Shown: positions 50,337 through 60,692 of the stretch, in pieces
How positions within the stretch are numbered: the stretch's first letter is position 1
How the letters are laid out: each line of letters opens with the position of its first letter
NCBI GenBank assembly: GCA_965649125.1
Contig: CBFGJO010000004.1
Coordinates: 1 to 61,501, forward strand
Length of the DNA stretch: 61,501 bases
From: a candidate division WOR-3 bacterium
Lineage (GTDB): Bacteria > Hydrothermota > Hydrothermia > Hydrothermales > Hydrothermaceae
Direction of reading: 5' to 3'
The notes under the pieces: model-generated
Told to the model about the DNA's origin: nothing
What the model saw: the letters and a program-made list of their open reading frames with translations, nothing else
The model's database searches: none
Translations under genes and position numbers: made by a program

Positions 50337-51952
50337 TTTTACTCTTTTTAGTTTCTTCAATTTTTTTAAGGGATGATGTTATTTATTTCAAGGAAGGTAA
50401 ATATGAAAAGATAATTGAAGAATTTGGAAATTCAATCCTCTATTATGATGCCATAATAAAATATGCTGAATTCTTTTTTGAAAACAGGGATTATAAAAGA
50501 GCACTTAGGTTTATTGAAAGTTATGAAGATGATTTACCTCCCTATCTTTTTAAAAAGGCTTTAAAATTGAAAAAAGATATATACAAAGAAATTGATTTAA
50601 AAAAATATAAAAAAATCTTAAGGAAACTCCTTTTAGATTACCCTTTTCTTTTAAATGAAAAAGAGGTAGATTTAGTAATCAATATGGATTTTTATAAAGG
50701 AAAGTATTATTTTTTAAAAAATGAATTTAAAAATTGTATATCTTACTTTGAAAAATCGGACGAAAATTTAAAACATTATTATATCGGTTATTCCTATTTT
50801 AAAATAGGAGATTATGAAAAGGCAATTTCAGAATTTGAAAAACTTTCGCCCAGAGAAAGATTCTATTATGAAAAGGCAAAAATATTAAAGGGGCTTTGTT
50901 ATAAATACCTGGGCAATTTTTCTGAAAGTCTGAACGAATTTTTTAATGTATCCCATGAATATAAAGATTTAAGGGAACTGGCAATGAAAGAGGCAAGAAT
51001 TTTAATGGTTGAGAACGGGTTTTTGCCCGTTGATTTTGAATCTAAAATTAGCGATGACGAGAAAATTTTGATTGACTACACTATAAATGGTTCCATATCT
51101 TTCACTAATTATAAGAATTTAAAAGATGAAAAAAACATATTTTTACTCTATATTCTTGGTAAATTCACAAAAGATAAAACTTTCTTTGAAAAAATATATA
51201 AAATAGAGCCGTTAGCACTTTTTAGTATTAAAGAAATGGGTATTTGTTATGAAGAAGATAATTTTGATGAAAAAATATACGATGAAGACCTTTTGATTTT
51301 GAGTTATTTAAATCTTGATGAAGCTTTCAGATATTACTTGGAGAAAAAAGAGGACCCCTATATTCTTATAAAAACTTCAGAAAAAATGTTTGAAATGCAG
51401 AGGTACTACTATTCACTTCAAACATCAAGAAAGGCATATCGCATATTAAGAGAGCAAAAAAATCTTGTTTTTTTTCCGAAAAAATTTTTGACCTTACTTT
51501 TCCCATTGCCATATAAGGAGTTTATTTTTGAAAGGGCAAGAGAGAAAAATATTGACCCCTATCTTATTTATGCAATTATAAGAAGGGAAAGTGAATTTAA
51601 CGAAAAAGCAATAAGTCCAAAGGGCGCAAGAGGGTTAATGCAGATTTTACCCGAAACCTTTAAAAAAATAGATAGATATAGAGATTTTGATCCCGATTCC
51701 CTTTTTAACCCTTACATAAATATTGATGCAGGAATTGAGATATTATCCCCAATTTTAGATTCAATCCCTGAAATTTATCTTGCCATCGCTTCATACAATG
51801 CAGGAATTTATAAAGTAAAAGAATGGAAAGAAAAAGGGATAATAAAAGATGAAATACATCTTTTTATTAACTGCCCATTTGAAGAAACAAGAAAATATAC
51901 ATTCAGGGTTTTAAGTGACTATGAAACATATAAAAAAATTTATTTTGAATAA
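50333..51952 (+). CDS. Soluble lytic transglycosylase with N-terminal TPR-like region
   Basis: AIIRRESEF...A.S..GARGLMQI, ASYNAG, ETRKY. Confidence 0.88.
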   Translation: MILLFLVSSIFLRDDVIYFKEGKYEKIIEEFGNSILYYDAIIKYAEFFFENRDYKRALRFIESYEDDLPPYLFKKALKLKKDIYKEIDLKKYKKILRKLLLDYPFLLNEKEVDLVINMDFYKGKYYFLKNEFKNCISYFEKSDENLKHYYIGYSYFKIGDYEKAISEFEKLSPRERFYYEKAKILKGLCYKYLGNFSESLNEFFNVSHEYKDLRELAMKEARILMVENGFLPVDFESKISDDEKILIDYTINGSISFTNYKNLKDEKNIFLLYILGKFTKDKTFFEKIYKIEPLALFSIKEMGICYEEDNFDEKIYDEDLLILSYLNLDEAFRYYLEKKEDPYILIKTSEKMFEMQRYYYSLQTSRKAYRILREQKNLVFFPKKFLTLLFPLPYKEFIFERAREKNIDPYLIYAIIRRESEFNEKAISPKGARGLMQILPETFKKIDRYRDFDPDSLFNPYINIDAGIEILSPILDSIPEIYLAIASYNAGIYKVKEWKEKGIIKDEIHLFINCPFEETRKYTFRVLSDYETYKKIYFE

Positions 51953-52270
51953 GAAAGATTTAATCATAGACCTCCTGAATAGGAAAATGGGGAGAAGCGA
52001 AAAGTTGTGAAGATACAAATAAAAAATTAGAGTTTACATATGATGAGTATTTGGATTATGCTGCATCAATTCGGATTTGCTCACCACATTTACCCTATAT
52101 GCTTTTAGTAATTATGAATGAACTAACTTTAAGGTGGTGTAAATTATGAGTATATCAAAACAGATACAACATTTGTAAACATCACATATATAACTACACC
52201 TCGGGGGTGTAAATAATTTTTGGATATTTGAAAATTCTTCCTTTTTATCTTTAAAATTTAAAATAAAATT

Positions 52271-52726
52271 ATGACAACTGAGACAGTAAATATTTTAGCA
52301 CTTATTCTTGGGGCAATGAGTCTTTTAATGGCTGCCTTTGCTATATTTGTTCAAACTTATATTTCAAAGATGACAAATAAACTTATTGAAAAAGAGGATG
52401 AAAGGGCAAAAAGGATGATCGAAGAAGGGAATAAAAGGCATGAAGAATTGATGAAGGAAACTCAAAAGATAATTGATGAAGGAAAAAAGGAAACACAAAG
52501 GATGATTGAAGAGGGAAATAAAAGGCATGAGGAATTGCTAAAGGAGACACAAAGAATGATTGAAGAAGGAAACAAAAGGCTTGAAGAATTCCTTACAAGA
52601 ATTCATCAGGATTCAATGGAAACTCAAAAGATAATTGATGAAGGAAATAAGAGGCTTGAAAAAATACTTTTAAAAATAGATGAAAGCACAAAAGGGGTTC
52701 TTGCAGAAATACTTAAAAAAGTTTAA
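52271..52726 (+). CDS. Membrane-anchored coiled-coil repeat protein
   Basis: N-terminal TM helix followed by five ETQ(R/K)(M/I)I(E/D)EG(N/K)K-type repeats. Confidence 0.8.
   Translation: MTTETVNILALILGAMSLLMAAFAIFVQTYISKMTNKLIEKEDERAKRMIEEGNKRHEELMKETQKIIDEGKKETQRMIEEGNKRHEELLKETQRMIEEGNKRLEEFLTRIHQDSMETQKIIDEGNKRLEKILLKIDESTKGVLAEILKKV
52400..52670 (+). repeat. Imperfect coding repeats of 33, 54 and 75 nt, including an exact 30-nt duplication (52456-52485 and 52618-52647)
   Basis: ggaaactcaaaagataattgatgaaggaaa occurs twice; related atgattgaaga.gg.aa units lie between. Confidence 0.85.
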
Positions 52727-52738
52727 TTCAAGCATGTT

Positions 52739-54586
52739 ATGTCAAAAATTTTGGATTTTATAAAAGTTTTTCTTTTTATAGGATTTATAATATTTTCATG
52801 CAGAAGACCTGATAGGGAAAAGCCATATGTTGATATAATATTTCCACCCGATAGTTATATTTTTTCGCCTGATAGTTTAAGGGTTAAGGTAAAAGCATAT
52901 GATAATAAAGGAATTGAATTAGTTGAGTTATACCTGGATGACACAATTAAAATAAATACGAAATATAAGCCAGATTCTAACAATGTATATTTCTTTTATA
53001 TTGATTTTACAAACTCACCTGATTCCTCTTATTATTCCATAAAAGCAAGGGCAGTGGATGAAGCTGGCAATTTCTCTTTTTCAGAAAAAGTAAATGTTTT
53101 AATCCTTTATGGTAATCATCCACCTTCTATTCCAGTTTTAATTTTCCCACCAGATAATTATTTATTTAAAGAAAGAATATGCACATTAATTTTTAAATCC
53201 TTTGACCCTGAGAATGATTCAATTTTTTATGATATTTATATTTCTCCTGATTCACCTCCTCCTTTGTATATCCATGATTATGTTGACACAATCTTTATTG
53301 ATACACTTGAATATTCAAAAAAGTATTATTGGAATATAAAAGCGAAAGATAAAAAAGGTGGTGAGAATGAATCAGAGGTAAGAAGATTTAAAACATCTTC
53401 AGAAAATAATCCCCCGTATCCTCCTTCAAATCCTACTCCTTTGCCTTTTGATACATTGGTTCTTCTTTTACCCGAGTTTTCATGGACATGTTCCGACCCT
53501 GATGGCGATTCCCTTTATTACGATTTTTATCTTGATACAAGTATAAATTTTGAAAATCCGATAATATTTTATCCTGATCTTACAACTCCAAATTTTTCTC
53601 CTTCCCACCCGCTTTTTCCCGGTGTTTTATATTATTGGAAGGTAGTGGCAAAGGACAGAAAAGGGGGCGAAAGTTATGCTATATGGAATTTTAAAACAAA
53701 AAAATTCCATATCTCAGAGATTTATTCAAATGGTGTATTTTCAAGGGATTTGAAAATAATAGATAATTATCTTTATGAAGTTGGTGGCGAAACTAAATAT
53801 TTTTCATTAAAAGTTTATGATATTATAAATCCTTTAAACCCTTATCTTTTAAAGGAAATTCCTCTTGATGAGATTCCCTGGAGGATAGAAATTTCGCAGG
53901 GATTCTGTTCAATTGTTTCAGGCTCGTACGGTAATAAATTAAAGATATATAAAAGGGTTTTTCCAGATTCTCTATTATTAATTTCCACATTCAATCTAAG
54001 AGGATGGATAAGTGAAATTAAGGGTTGGCAAAATTCGCTATTTGTGATTGATGGAAAAGGGATTGTAAGAATAGAACTTTTAGAAAATCCTTATATTTAT
54101 GATTCAATAAGGACAATTTATCCACCTATTGATTTTGACTTATGTAAAGGTGGTTATCTTTATATATTAACTTCCGGTTCTTTTATTGAAACTTATGATT
54201 TTTCTCTTAATTACATAACTTCAAAGAATTTTAATATTTCTAATCCAAAAAATATTTCATTCATTGATTCAGGAATTATAATAACTACATATAATCTAAA
54301 TCCAGATTCAATTTTCTTAATTTCTCTTTCAAATATGCTTCCTGAAGATATAATATACAGAATAAAAATTTCAGAAGGGGTATACAAATCAGAATATTTT
54401 GAGCCTTTTCTTTTCTTTTCCTTAAATTCAGGAATTCAAATGTTTGCATATTTAAAGAAAAAGATTTATATTTCTTCTTACATTTATCCAGTTTCAAATG
54501 TTTACGGTATTTTTTCTAAAAATAATTGTATATTCATCTCTTCTTTTTCAAATAAAGGATTCTGTGTTTTAAAATGGATGGAGTAA
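52739..54586 (+). CDS. Lipoprotein with Ig-like/FN3-like domains and C-terminal propeller-like region
   Basis: Lipobox-like IFSC; two NxPP...DP(E/D)xDS..YD.Y...YYW...AKD.KGG modules. Confidence 0.75.
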   Translation: MSKILDFIKVFLFIGFIIFSCRRPDREKPYVDIIFPPDSYIFSPDSLRVKVKAYDNKGIELVELYLDDTIKINTKYKPDSNNVYFFYIDFTNSPDSSYYSIKARAVDEAGNFSFSEKVNVLILYGNHPPSIPVLIFPPDNYLFKERICTLIFKSFDPENDSIFYDIYISPDSPPPLYIHDYVDTIFIDTLEYSKKYYWNIKAKDKKGGENESEVRRFKTSSENNPPYPPSNPTPLPFDTLVLLLPEFSWTCSDPDGDSLYYDFYLDTSINFENPIIFYPDLTTPNFSPSHPLFPGVLYYWKVVAKDRKGGESYAIWNFKTKKFHISEIYSNGVFSRDLKIIDNYLYEVGGETKYFSLKVYDIINPLNPYLLKEIPLDEIPWRIEISQGFCSIVSGSYGNKLKIYKRVFPDSLLLISTFNLRGWISEIKGWQNSLFVIDGKGIVRIELLENPYIYDSIRTIYPPIDFDLCKGGYLYILTSGSFIETYDFSLNYITSKNFNISNPKNISFIDSGIIITTYNLNPDSIFLISLSNMLPEDIIYRIKISEGVYKSEYFEPFLFFSLNSGIQMFAYLKKKIYISSYIYPVSNVYGIFSKNNCIFISSFSNKGFCVLKWME

Positions 54587-55209
54587 AGATAGGGATTGAT
54601 ACATCAGGTAAGATAACAAAAATTGGTCATAAAGAAAATAAAAGTTTTTTTGAATTCACTCTTGGTTCTTACCATTCCCATTCAGAATATATAATTTACT
54701 TATGGGAAATGATAGAGGAGAGGATAAAAGATAAAAATATTATTTTTGTTGCAATTTCTTCTGGCCCTGGATATTTCACTTCTCTAAGAGCGGGTTTTTC
54801 ATTTGCAAAGGCTCTCTGGTTTTATAAAAGGGTTCCTTTTGTTGGCGTGAACACCATTGATGCTCTTGCCCATCCATTTTTAGAAGAATATAAAAATCTA
54901 ATCGTTTTTCTTGAGATAAAAAGTGATAAAGTTTTCTGGAAAAAATTCATTAATGGTAAGGAGGAAGAATTTAGAATGGGGAAAATAGATGATTTATACA
55001 TTGATGATGAATTTGTATATGTTGGTAAAAGTATAGAGATTGAAAATAAGGTTTCAAAATGTTACCCAATTGATGTTCCTTCAATAAAATCCATAATTGA
55101 GATTGGTGAGGACCTTTATAAAAAAGGAGAATTTCTTGATATGGAAAAGGCTGAGCCATTTTATTTTTATTTCCCTCAATATGTCAAATCTTTTGATAAG
55201 AAAGGCTAA
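54574..55209 (+). CDS. tsaB: tRNA threonylcarbamoyladenosine biosynthesis protein TsaB
   Basis: IDTS, HSE, GPG.FT.LR.G...AK.L, EPFY; upstream of rimI. Confidence 0.85.
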   Translation: MDGVKIGIDTSGKITKIGHKENKSFFEFTLGSYHSHSEYIIYLWEMIEERIKDKNIIFVAISSGPGYFTSLRAGFSFAKALWFYKRVPFVGVNTIDALAHPFLEEYKNLIVFLEIKSDKVFWKKFINGKEEEFRMGKIDDLYIDDEFVYVGKSIEIENKVSKCYPIDVPSIKSIIEIGEDLYKKGEFLDMEKAEPFYFYFPQYVKSFDKKG

Positions 55210-55630
55210 ACTATCTGATATACCTGAAGTTCACAAAATTGAAAAAGAATCTTTTAAAAGACCATGGTCCTTTGCATCATTTTTATTTGAATTAAAAAAC
55301 CCTTTTTCATTTTTTCATGTTCTTGAAAAGGATAAAAAAGTGATTGGATATTTTATATTATGGGATATGGGAGAAGAATTTCATCTTGCAAATATTGCAA
55401 TAAGAGAAGAGGAGAGGGGGAAAGGTTATGCAAAACTTTTACTTGAAAAGATTCTGGAATTATCTAAAAGAGAAAATAAAGAAAGGATAAGACTTGAAGT
55501 AAGAGTGTCAAATGAAAGGGCTATAAAGATTTATAAAAAATTCGGGTTTAAAATGATGAGGATACTCACTGGTTATTATGGAGATGAAGATGGATATGAA
55601 TTTGTTTATGAGATAAAAAGTGATTTATAA
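55181..55630 (+). CDS. rimI: Ribosomal protein S18-alanine N-acetyltransferase
   Basis: IE..SF..PW, H.ANIAI....RGKG, LEVRVSN..A...Y...GF, YY..ED; start placed at MSNLLIR. Confidence 0.9.
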   Translation: MSNLLIRKAKLSDIPEVHKIEKESFKRPWSFASFLFELKNPFSFFHVLEKDKKVIGYFILWDMGEEFHLANIAIREEERGKGYAKLLLEKILELSKRENKERIRLEVRVSNERAIKIYKKFGFKMMRILTGYYGDEDGYEFVYEIKSDL

Positions 55631-55658
55631 TTAATAAACTTTTTAAAAGGGAGAAAAG

Positions 55659-56354
55659 ATGAAAATATTTGTTGATAGTGCCAATATAGATGAAATTAAG
55701 GAACTTGTGAAACTTGGTATAATTGATGGGGCAACAACAAATCCTACCTTACTTTCAAAGGAGATTGAAAGGCAGTGTAAAAATTTAAACACACTCAAAA
55801 AAGAAGAAATAATTGAGAAATCAAAAGAGATTTTAAAGGAGATATGCGAACTGGTTAAAGGTCCTGTATCTGCGGAAGTGATCGGAAAAAGGGCAGAGGA
55901 GATGGTTAAAGAGGGGAAAGAACTTTCAAGAATTCACGAAAATATTGTGATTAAAATACCTTTTACATCAGAAGGTTTAAAGGCTACAAGGATTTTGAGT
56001 TCAGAAGGTATCAAAGTGAATATGACACTTGTTTTTTCTCCTGCCCAGGCAATTCTTGCAGCAAAGGTCAATTCTTTTTATGTCTCACCATTTATAGGAA
56101 GGCTTGATGATATTTCCCATTTTGGAATGGATCTTGTAAGGACAATAGTTGAAATTTATGAAAACTATGGGTTTGAAACGCAGGTCCTTGTGGCAAGTTG
56201 CAGGCACCCATTACATGTTATAGAATCTGCGCTTGCAGGCGCTCATATAGTGACCGTGCCGCCAGAGATAATAAGGAAACTTTTAACTCATCCTTTAACT
56301 AGTATAGGGCTTGAAAGATTTTTATCAGATTGGAAAAAAGTTTTAGGGGAATGA
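55659..56354 (+). CDS. tal: Transaldolase / fructose-6-phosphate aldolase family
   Basis: DSAN, GATTNP, PVSAEV, VIKIP, N.TLVFS..QA, SPFIGRLDD, AS.RHP, HPLT..G. Confidence 0.92.
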   Translation: MKIFVDSANIDEIKELVKLGIIDGATTNPTLLSKEIERQCKNLNTLKKEEIIEKSKEILKEICELVKGPVSAEVIGKRAEEMVKEGKELSRIHENIVIKIPFTSEGLKATRILSSEGIKVNMTLVFSPAQAILAAKVNSFYVSPFIGRLDDISHFGMDLVRTIVEIYENYGFETQVLVASCRHPLHVIESALAGAHIVTVPPEIIRKLLTHPLTSIGLERFLSDWKKVLGE

Positions 56355-57766
56355 AAAAAATTTATTTTACTTTAATTTTCATCGTTTTTTTTCTCTTTTT
56401 CTTTTTTTTATTCAAACCTAAAAATATAAGGGGAAGTTTACCCCAGCCAACTTTAAAAATAGAAGATAAAATTAAAAAAGAAAAAGAGAGCGCTATTATA
56501 AATGCAGTAAAAAAGGTTCAGAATGCAGTTGTTTCTATAACATGTATAAAAACTCAATATGTAAGCGAATTTTCTCCTTTTTTTGAAGACCCATTCTTTA
56601 AAGAATTTTTTGGTGAACTTTTCCCCCCAAGATATTATGCTCAGAGGGTTGTTTCTCAGGGTTCTGGCTTTATTGTCTCAAAAGAAGGTTATATTTTTAC
56701 AAATGAACATGTTATAAGAGAAGCAGATACAATAAAAATTACCCTGCCAAATGGAAAAGTTTTTGATGCAAAACTTATTGGCAAAGATTATCTTTTTGAT
56801 GTTGCCCTTTTAAAAATAGAGGGAGATAATTTCCCTCATGTAGTTTTAGGAGACTCTGATTCCCTTTTAAGAGGGGAATGGGTTCTTGCATTTGGTAATC
56901 CTTTTGGATACCTCTGGGAAGATACAGAACCTACGGTTACAGTTGGGATTGTAAGTACCCTTCATAGAAACTTTAAAGGTTCTGAAGAAAGAGAGTATAA
57001 AAATTTAATTCAAACGGATGCTGCAATAAATCCAGGAAATTCTGGTGGACCCCTATGCGATGCTCAGGGAAGGGTTATTGGAATGAACACCTTTATAATA
57101 ACAAAATCTGGTGGGTTTGAAGGTGTCGGCTTTGCAATCCCTATTAACCTTTTGAAAAAGGTTATGCCACATTTAATAAGATATGGAGAGATAAAAAGAG
57201 GGGAAATCGGTATAGAAGTTGAGAATATTGGAGAAGAAAATAAAAAGAAATATAATTTAAAAGAAAAAGAGGGGGTTATAGTAGTTTATGTTGATGAAGA
57301 AAGTCCTTTTTATGGTGTTTTGAGGGAAGGAAGCATAATTAAAAAGATAAATGGTTATGAAATTAAAAATTTAAGGGATTATGAAATAATAACATATGAT
57401 TTACTTGAAGGTGAAAAGGTAGAAATTGTTTATAAAATAGATGGAAAAATAGAGGTAGCGGAAAGAAGTTTAAAGGGTAAAGGTGAATTTCTTGATATTG
57501 GTATAAGGGTTGCGGATATCAATGAATATTATATCAGAAAATACAATCTATATGTAAAAAGAGGAGCACTCATAGTAAAGATAAAAAGTGGAAGTTTTGC
57601 AGAAAATGTTGGACTCAAAGAAGGAGATGTTGTTTTAAATTTAAATGGTAAGGATATCAAAGGTAAAGAGGATTTTGAAAGAGAGATAAAGAAGATAAAA
57701 AATTACATAGAAATGGTGATAGTAAGAGGGAAAAACCAGTTTGTGCTGGAATACAGGATAAGATGA
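56351..57766 (+). CDS. HtrA/DegP serine protease with two PDZ domains
   Basis: GSGFIV, TNEHV, DVALLK, IQTDAAINPGNSGGPL, GFAIP; N-terminal anchor. Confidence 0.93.
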   Translation: MKKIYFTLIFIVFFLFFFFLFKPKNIRGSLPQPTLKIEDKIKKEKESAIINAVKKVQNAVVSITCIKTQYVSEFSPFFEDPFFKEFFGELFPPRYYAQRVVSQGSGFIVSKEGYIFTNEHVIREADTIKITLPNGKVFDAKLIGKDYLFDVALLKIEGDNFPHVVLGDSDSLLRGEWVLAFGNPFGYLWEDTEPTVTVGIVSTLHRNFKGSEEREYKNLIQTDAAINPGNSGGPLCDAQGRVIGMNTFIITKSGGFEGVGFAIPINLLKKVMPHLIRYGEIKRGEIGIEVENIGEENKKKYNLKEKEGVIVVYVDEESPFYGVLREGSIIKKINGYEIKNLRDYEIITYDLLEGEKVEIVYKIDGKIEVAERSLKGKGEFLDIGIRVADINEYYIRKYNLYVKRGALIVKIKSGSFAENVGLKEGDVVLNLNGKDIKGKEDFEREIKKIKNYIEMVIVRGKNQFVLEYRIR

Positions 57767-59769
57767 AGAGAACATTTTTGATATTTTTCACCTCTATATT
57801 TATTTTAAGCCTTATTTTTTCCCTTCTTATATATAAATTCATTATTAAAGAATTGCCACCAATTGAAATGATAGAAGGTTATAAAGTGCCTCTTTCAACA
57901 CAGATCCTTGATGACAAAGGAGATATAATTTTTGAATACTATTTTGAGAAAAGAAAATATGTAAAATTAAATGATATTTCTCCTTATGTTATAAAAACAT
58001 TCATAACACTTGAAGATAAAAAATTTTTTAGACATTTCGGGATAGACCCATTAAGGCTTTTAAAGGCAACTTATAATAATCTTATATCAAGAAAATTTGT
58101 TGAAGGTGCTTCAACAATAACACAGCAACTGGCAAGAAATATGTTCTTAACAATGGAGAAAACAATAAATAGAAAATTAAAAGAGGCGATTCTCGCTCTG
58201 ATAATAGAAAGCAAATTTTCAAAAGAGGAAATACTTGAAAAATATCTCAATCAGATTAATTTTGGTAATGGTGTGTATGGGATTGAAACTGCTTCTTTAT
58301 ATTATTTAGGTAAAAATGCAAAAGATTTGACACTTGCAGAGAGCGCATTTTTAGCAGCAATTCCCCGTTCCCCAACATATTATAACCCTTACACAAATTT
58401 TGAAAACACTATAAAAAGGCAAAAAAAAATTTTAAATTTACTCTTTAAAAATAAAGTTGTTACAAAAGAAGAATATGAAAAATCATTAAATGAAAAGATT
58501 GTTTTAAAACAAAGAGAAAGTTTAAAGAAAAGATTTGCAGCATATTATCTTGAAGAAATAAGAAAGTATATAGAAGGTGCATATGGTGAGGATTTCATTT
58601 ATAAAGAAGGAATCAAAATATATACATCGTTAAACAGTGGAATTCAAGAAGTTTGTGAAGATGTAGTTGACAGTTTAACGGAGAGTATTGAAAAAAATGT
58701 AAGGAGAAAAGGAAAGGATGATACCTTACCTCTTCAAATAGCAATCGTTGCAATAGAAAATAAAACAGGAGAGATTAAGGCAGTTATAGGGGGTAGAAAT
58801 TTTTTTAAGAGCCAGTTTAATAGAGCATTTCAGGCAAAAAGGCATGTGGGTTCTGCTTTTAAACCTTTTTATTATCTTGCTGCAATTGAAAGTGGATATT
58901 TACCAACTGATTATTTGTATGACCTGCCGGTCACTATTGAAGATGATGGTTCTGGTAAGCCATGGTATCCTGAAAATTTTGATGGAAAATTTATGGGGAA
59001 AGTTACTTTAAGACAGGCACTCGCTCATTCAAGAAATCTTGCTTCTGTAAGGCTTCTTCAAGAAATAGGCACCTCTACCGCCATAGAATATGCGAGAAAA
59101 CTTGGTGTTGAATCTTACATCCCTAATGTTTTATCAATCTCTTTAGGAGCCGTTGGATGCACTCCTTTGGAAATCACACATGCTTATTCAACAATTGCAA
59201 ACTATGGCAAAAAGATGAATTTAATCATGATTAAAAAAATAGAAGATGCTTATGGTAATGTTATTTTTGAAAAAAAACCATATGGAAAGCAGGTTGTTGA
59301 TTCTCAAAGTGTTTATATTTTAATCCACATGATGAAATCTGTTATGAATAATGGAACAGGGGTTGAAGCAAGAACAAAATATGGATTCTATCTTCCCTGT
59401 GCAGGAAAAACAGGGACAACCGATAATTTTACCGATGCATGGTTTATAGGGTTTACCCCTGAAATAACAATCGGTGTATGGGTTGGTTTTGATTCATTAA
59501 GAACAATCGCGCATAATGCCTCAGGAGCCCTCTTTGCGCTCCCTTTTTGGTCAAATATAATGAAGAAACTTCCTTTAAAAGGGAAAGATTTTAAAATTCC
59601 ATCTGGTATTGTAGTTGATACAATATGCGTTGAATCCAATCTTAAAAGAACCCCTTATTGTCCAAAAGTAAGAGAGGAAGTTTTTATAAAAGGGAATGAG
59701 CCAAACACTTTCTGCAATATTCATACAGAAAAGAAAAGTGAAAGTATAAGGAAAAGAATTGAGTTTTAA
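57763..59769 (+). CDS. Class A penicillin-binding protein (PBP1A family)
   Basis: EDKKF..H.G, GASTITQQL, RK..E, YLN; S.FK, S.N and KTG transpeptidase motifs. Confidence 0.95.
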   Translation: MKRTFLIFFTSIFILSLIFSLLIYKFIIKELPPIEMIEGYKVPLSTQILDDKGDIIFEYYFEKRKYVKLNDISPYVIKTFITLEDKKFFRHFGIDPLRLLKATYNNLISRKFVEGASTITQQLARNMFLTMEKTINRKLKEAILALIIESKFSKEEILEKYLNQINFGNGVYGIETASLYYLGKNAKDLTLAESAFLAAIPRSPTYYNPYTNFENTIKRQKKILNLLFKNKVVTKEEYEKSLNEKIVLKQRESLKKRFAAYYLEEIRKYIEGAYGEDFIYKEGIKIYTSLNSGIQEVCEDVVDSLTESIEKNVRRKGKDDTLPLQIAIVAIENKTGEIKAVIGGRNFFKSQFNRAFQAKRHVGSAFKPFYYLAAIESGYLPTDYLYDLPVTIEDDGSGKPWYPENFDGKFMGKVTLRQALAHSRNLASVRLLQEIGTSTAIEYARKLGVESYIPNVLSISLGAVGCTPLEITHAYSTIANYGKKMNLIMIKKIEDAYGNVIFEKKPYGKQVVDSQSVYILIHMMKSVMNNGTGVEARTKYGFYLPCAGKTGTTDNFTDAWFIGFTPEITIGVWVGFDSLRTIAHNASGALFALPFWSNIMKKLPLKGKDFKIPSGIVVDTICVESNLKRTPYCPKVREEVFIKGNEPNTFCNIHTEKKSESIRKRIEF

Positions 59770-60692
59770 TGCAAATTTTATTTACCTTTCTAAAAAGTTT
59801 ATTTTTAATATTTACTTTAATTTTTGTTATTTTTATTATTTTTTATTTAGAAAAAAAATTTTTCAGATGGTTTGGTAAAGAAAAATATTCAGTAAAAGAA
59901 GAGTTTGAAATTCTTCAAGTTATTGCAAATTTTTTTAAACTTTTATTTAAAGAGGAAATTTTTCCTGAAAAAAGAGATAAATTTCTTTATCTTTTTACAC
60001 CCTTAGTAAGTATTATATTTTCTTTTTTACCTTTTGCATTGATCCCCATAGGTAAAAAACCATTAATTCAAGATATGAATATCTCTTTACTCTTTGTCCT
60101 TTCAATTTTATATTTAAGTATTTATGGAGTGGTTTTTGCTGGAATTTCATCAGGAAGTAAATATGCGCTTTTAGGCTCTTTAAGAGCATCACTTAATTTT
60201 TTAACCCTTCAAATTCCCTTAATGTTTTCAATAATCGCAATTATTATCCAGGCAGAGAGTTTTTCACTCAGGGAGATAGTGGAAAAACAAAAGATACCTT
60301 ATATTTTTCCACAAGTTTTAGGTTTTTTAGTATTTTTCATTTCCTCGCTTGCTTATTTAAAAAAATCACCTTTTGATTTTTTATCAGCAGAATCAGAAAT
60401 TGCAGGTGGGTATAAAGTGGAATATTCAGGAACAAAATATGTTCTTTTCCTTTTAAGTGAATATGCAGAGATTCTATTTTTCTCATCTTTGATTACAATT
60501 CTTTATCTTGGGAAAAACAACTTTTTTCTCTTTTTATTAAAAACCTTTATAATTATTTTTCTTTTCTTCTGGGTCAGGGTATCACTTCCAAGAATCCAGT
60601 TTGAAAATTTTTTAAAATTTGCGGAAAAATACTTGATTTTGTTATCTTTTTTAAACTTAATAATAGTTTCAATATTCAAAGTGATAAAATGA
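59769..60692 (+). CDS. Complex I subunit 1 (NuoH)-family membrane protein, orphan and divergent
   Basis: KLLFKE...P, S.SKYALLG.LRA, PFD...AESE...G...EYSG, EY, WVR.SLPR. Confidence 0.85.
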   Translation: MQILFTFLKSLFLIFTLIFVIFIIFYLEKKFFRWFGKEKYSVKEEFEILQVIANFFKLLFKEEIFPEKRDKFLYLFTPLVSIIFSFLPFALIPIGKKPLIQDMNISLLFVLSILYLSIYGVVFAGISSGSKYALLGSLRASLNFLTLQIPLMFSIIAIIIQAESFSLREIVEKQKIPYIFPQVLGFLVFFISSLAYLKKSPFDFLSAESEIAGGYKVEYSGTKYVLFLLSEYAEILFFSSLITILYLGKNNFFLFLLKTFIIIFLFFWVRVSLPRIQFENFLKFAEKYLILLSFLNLIIVSIFKVIK

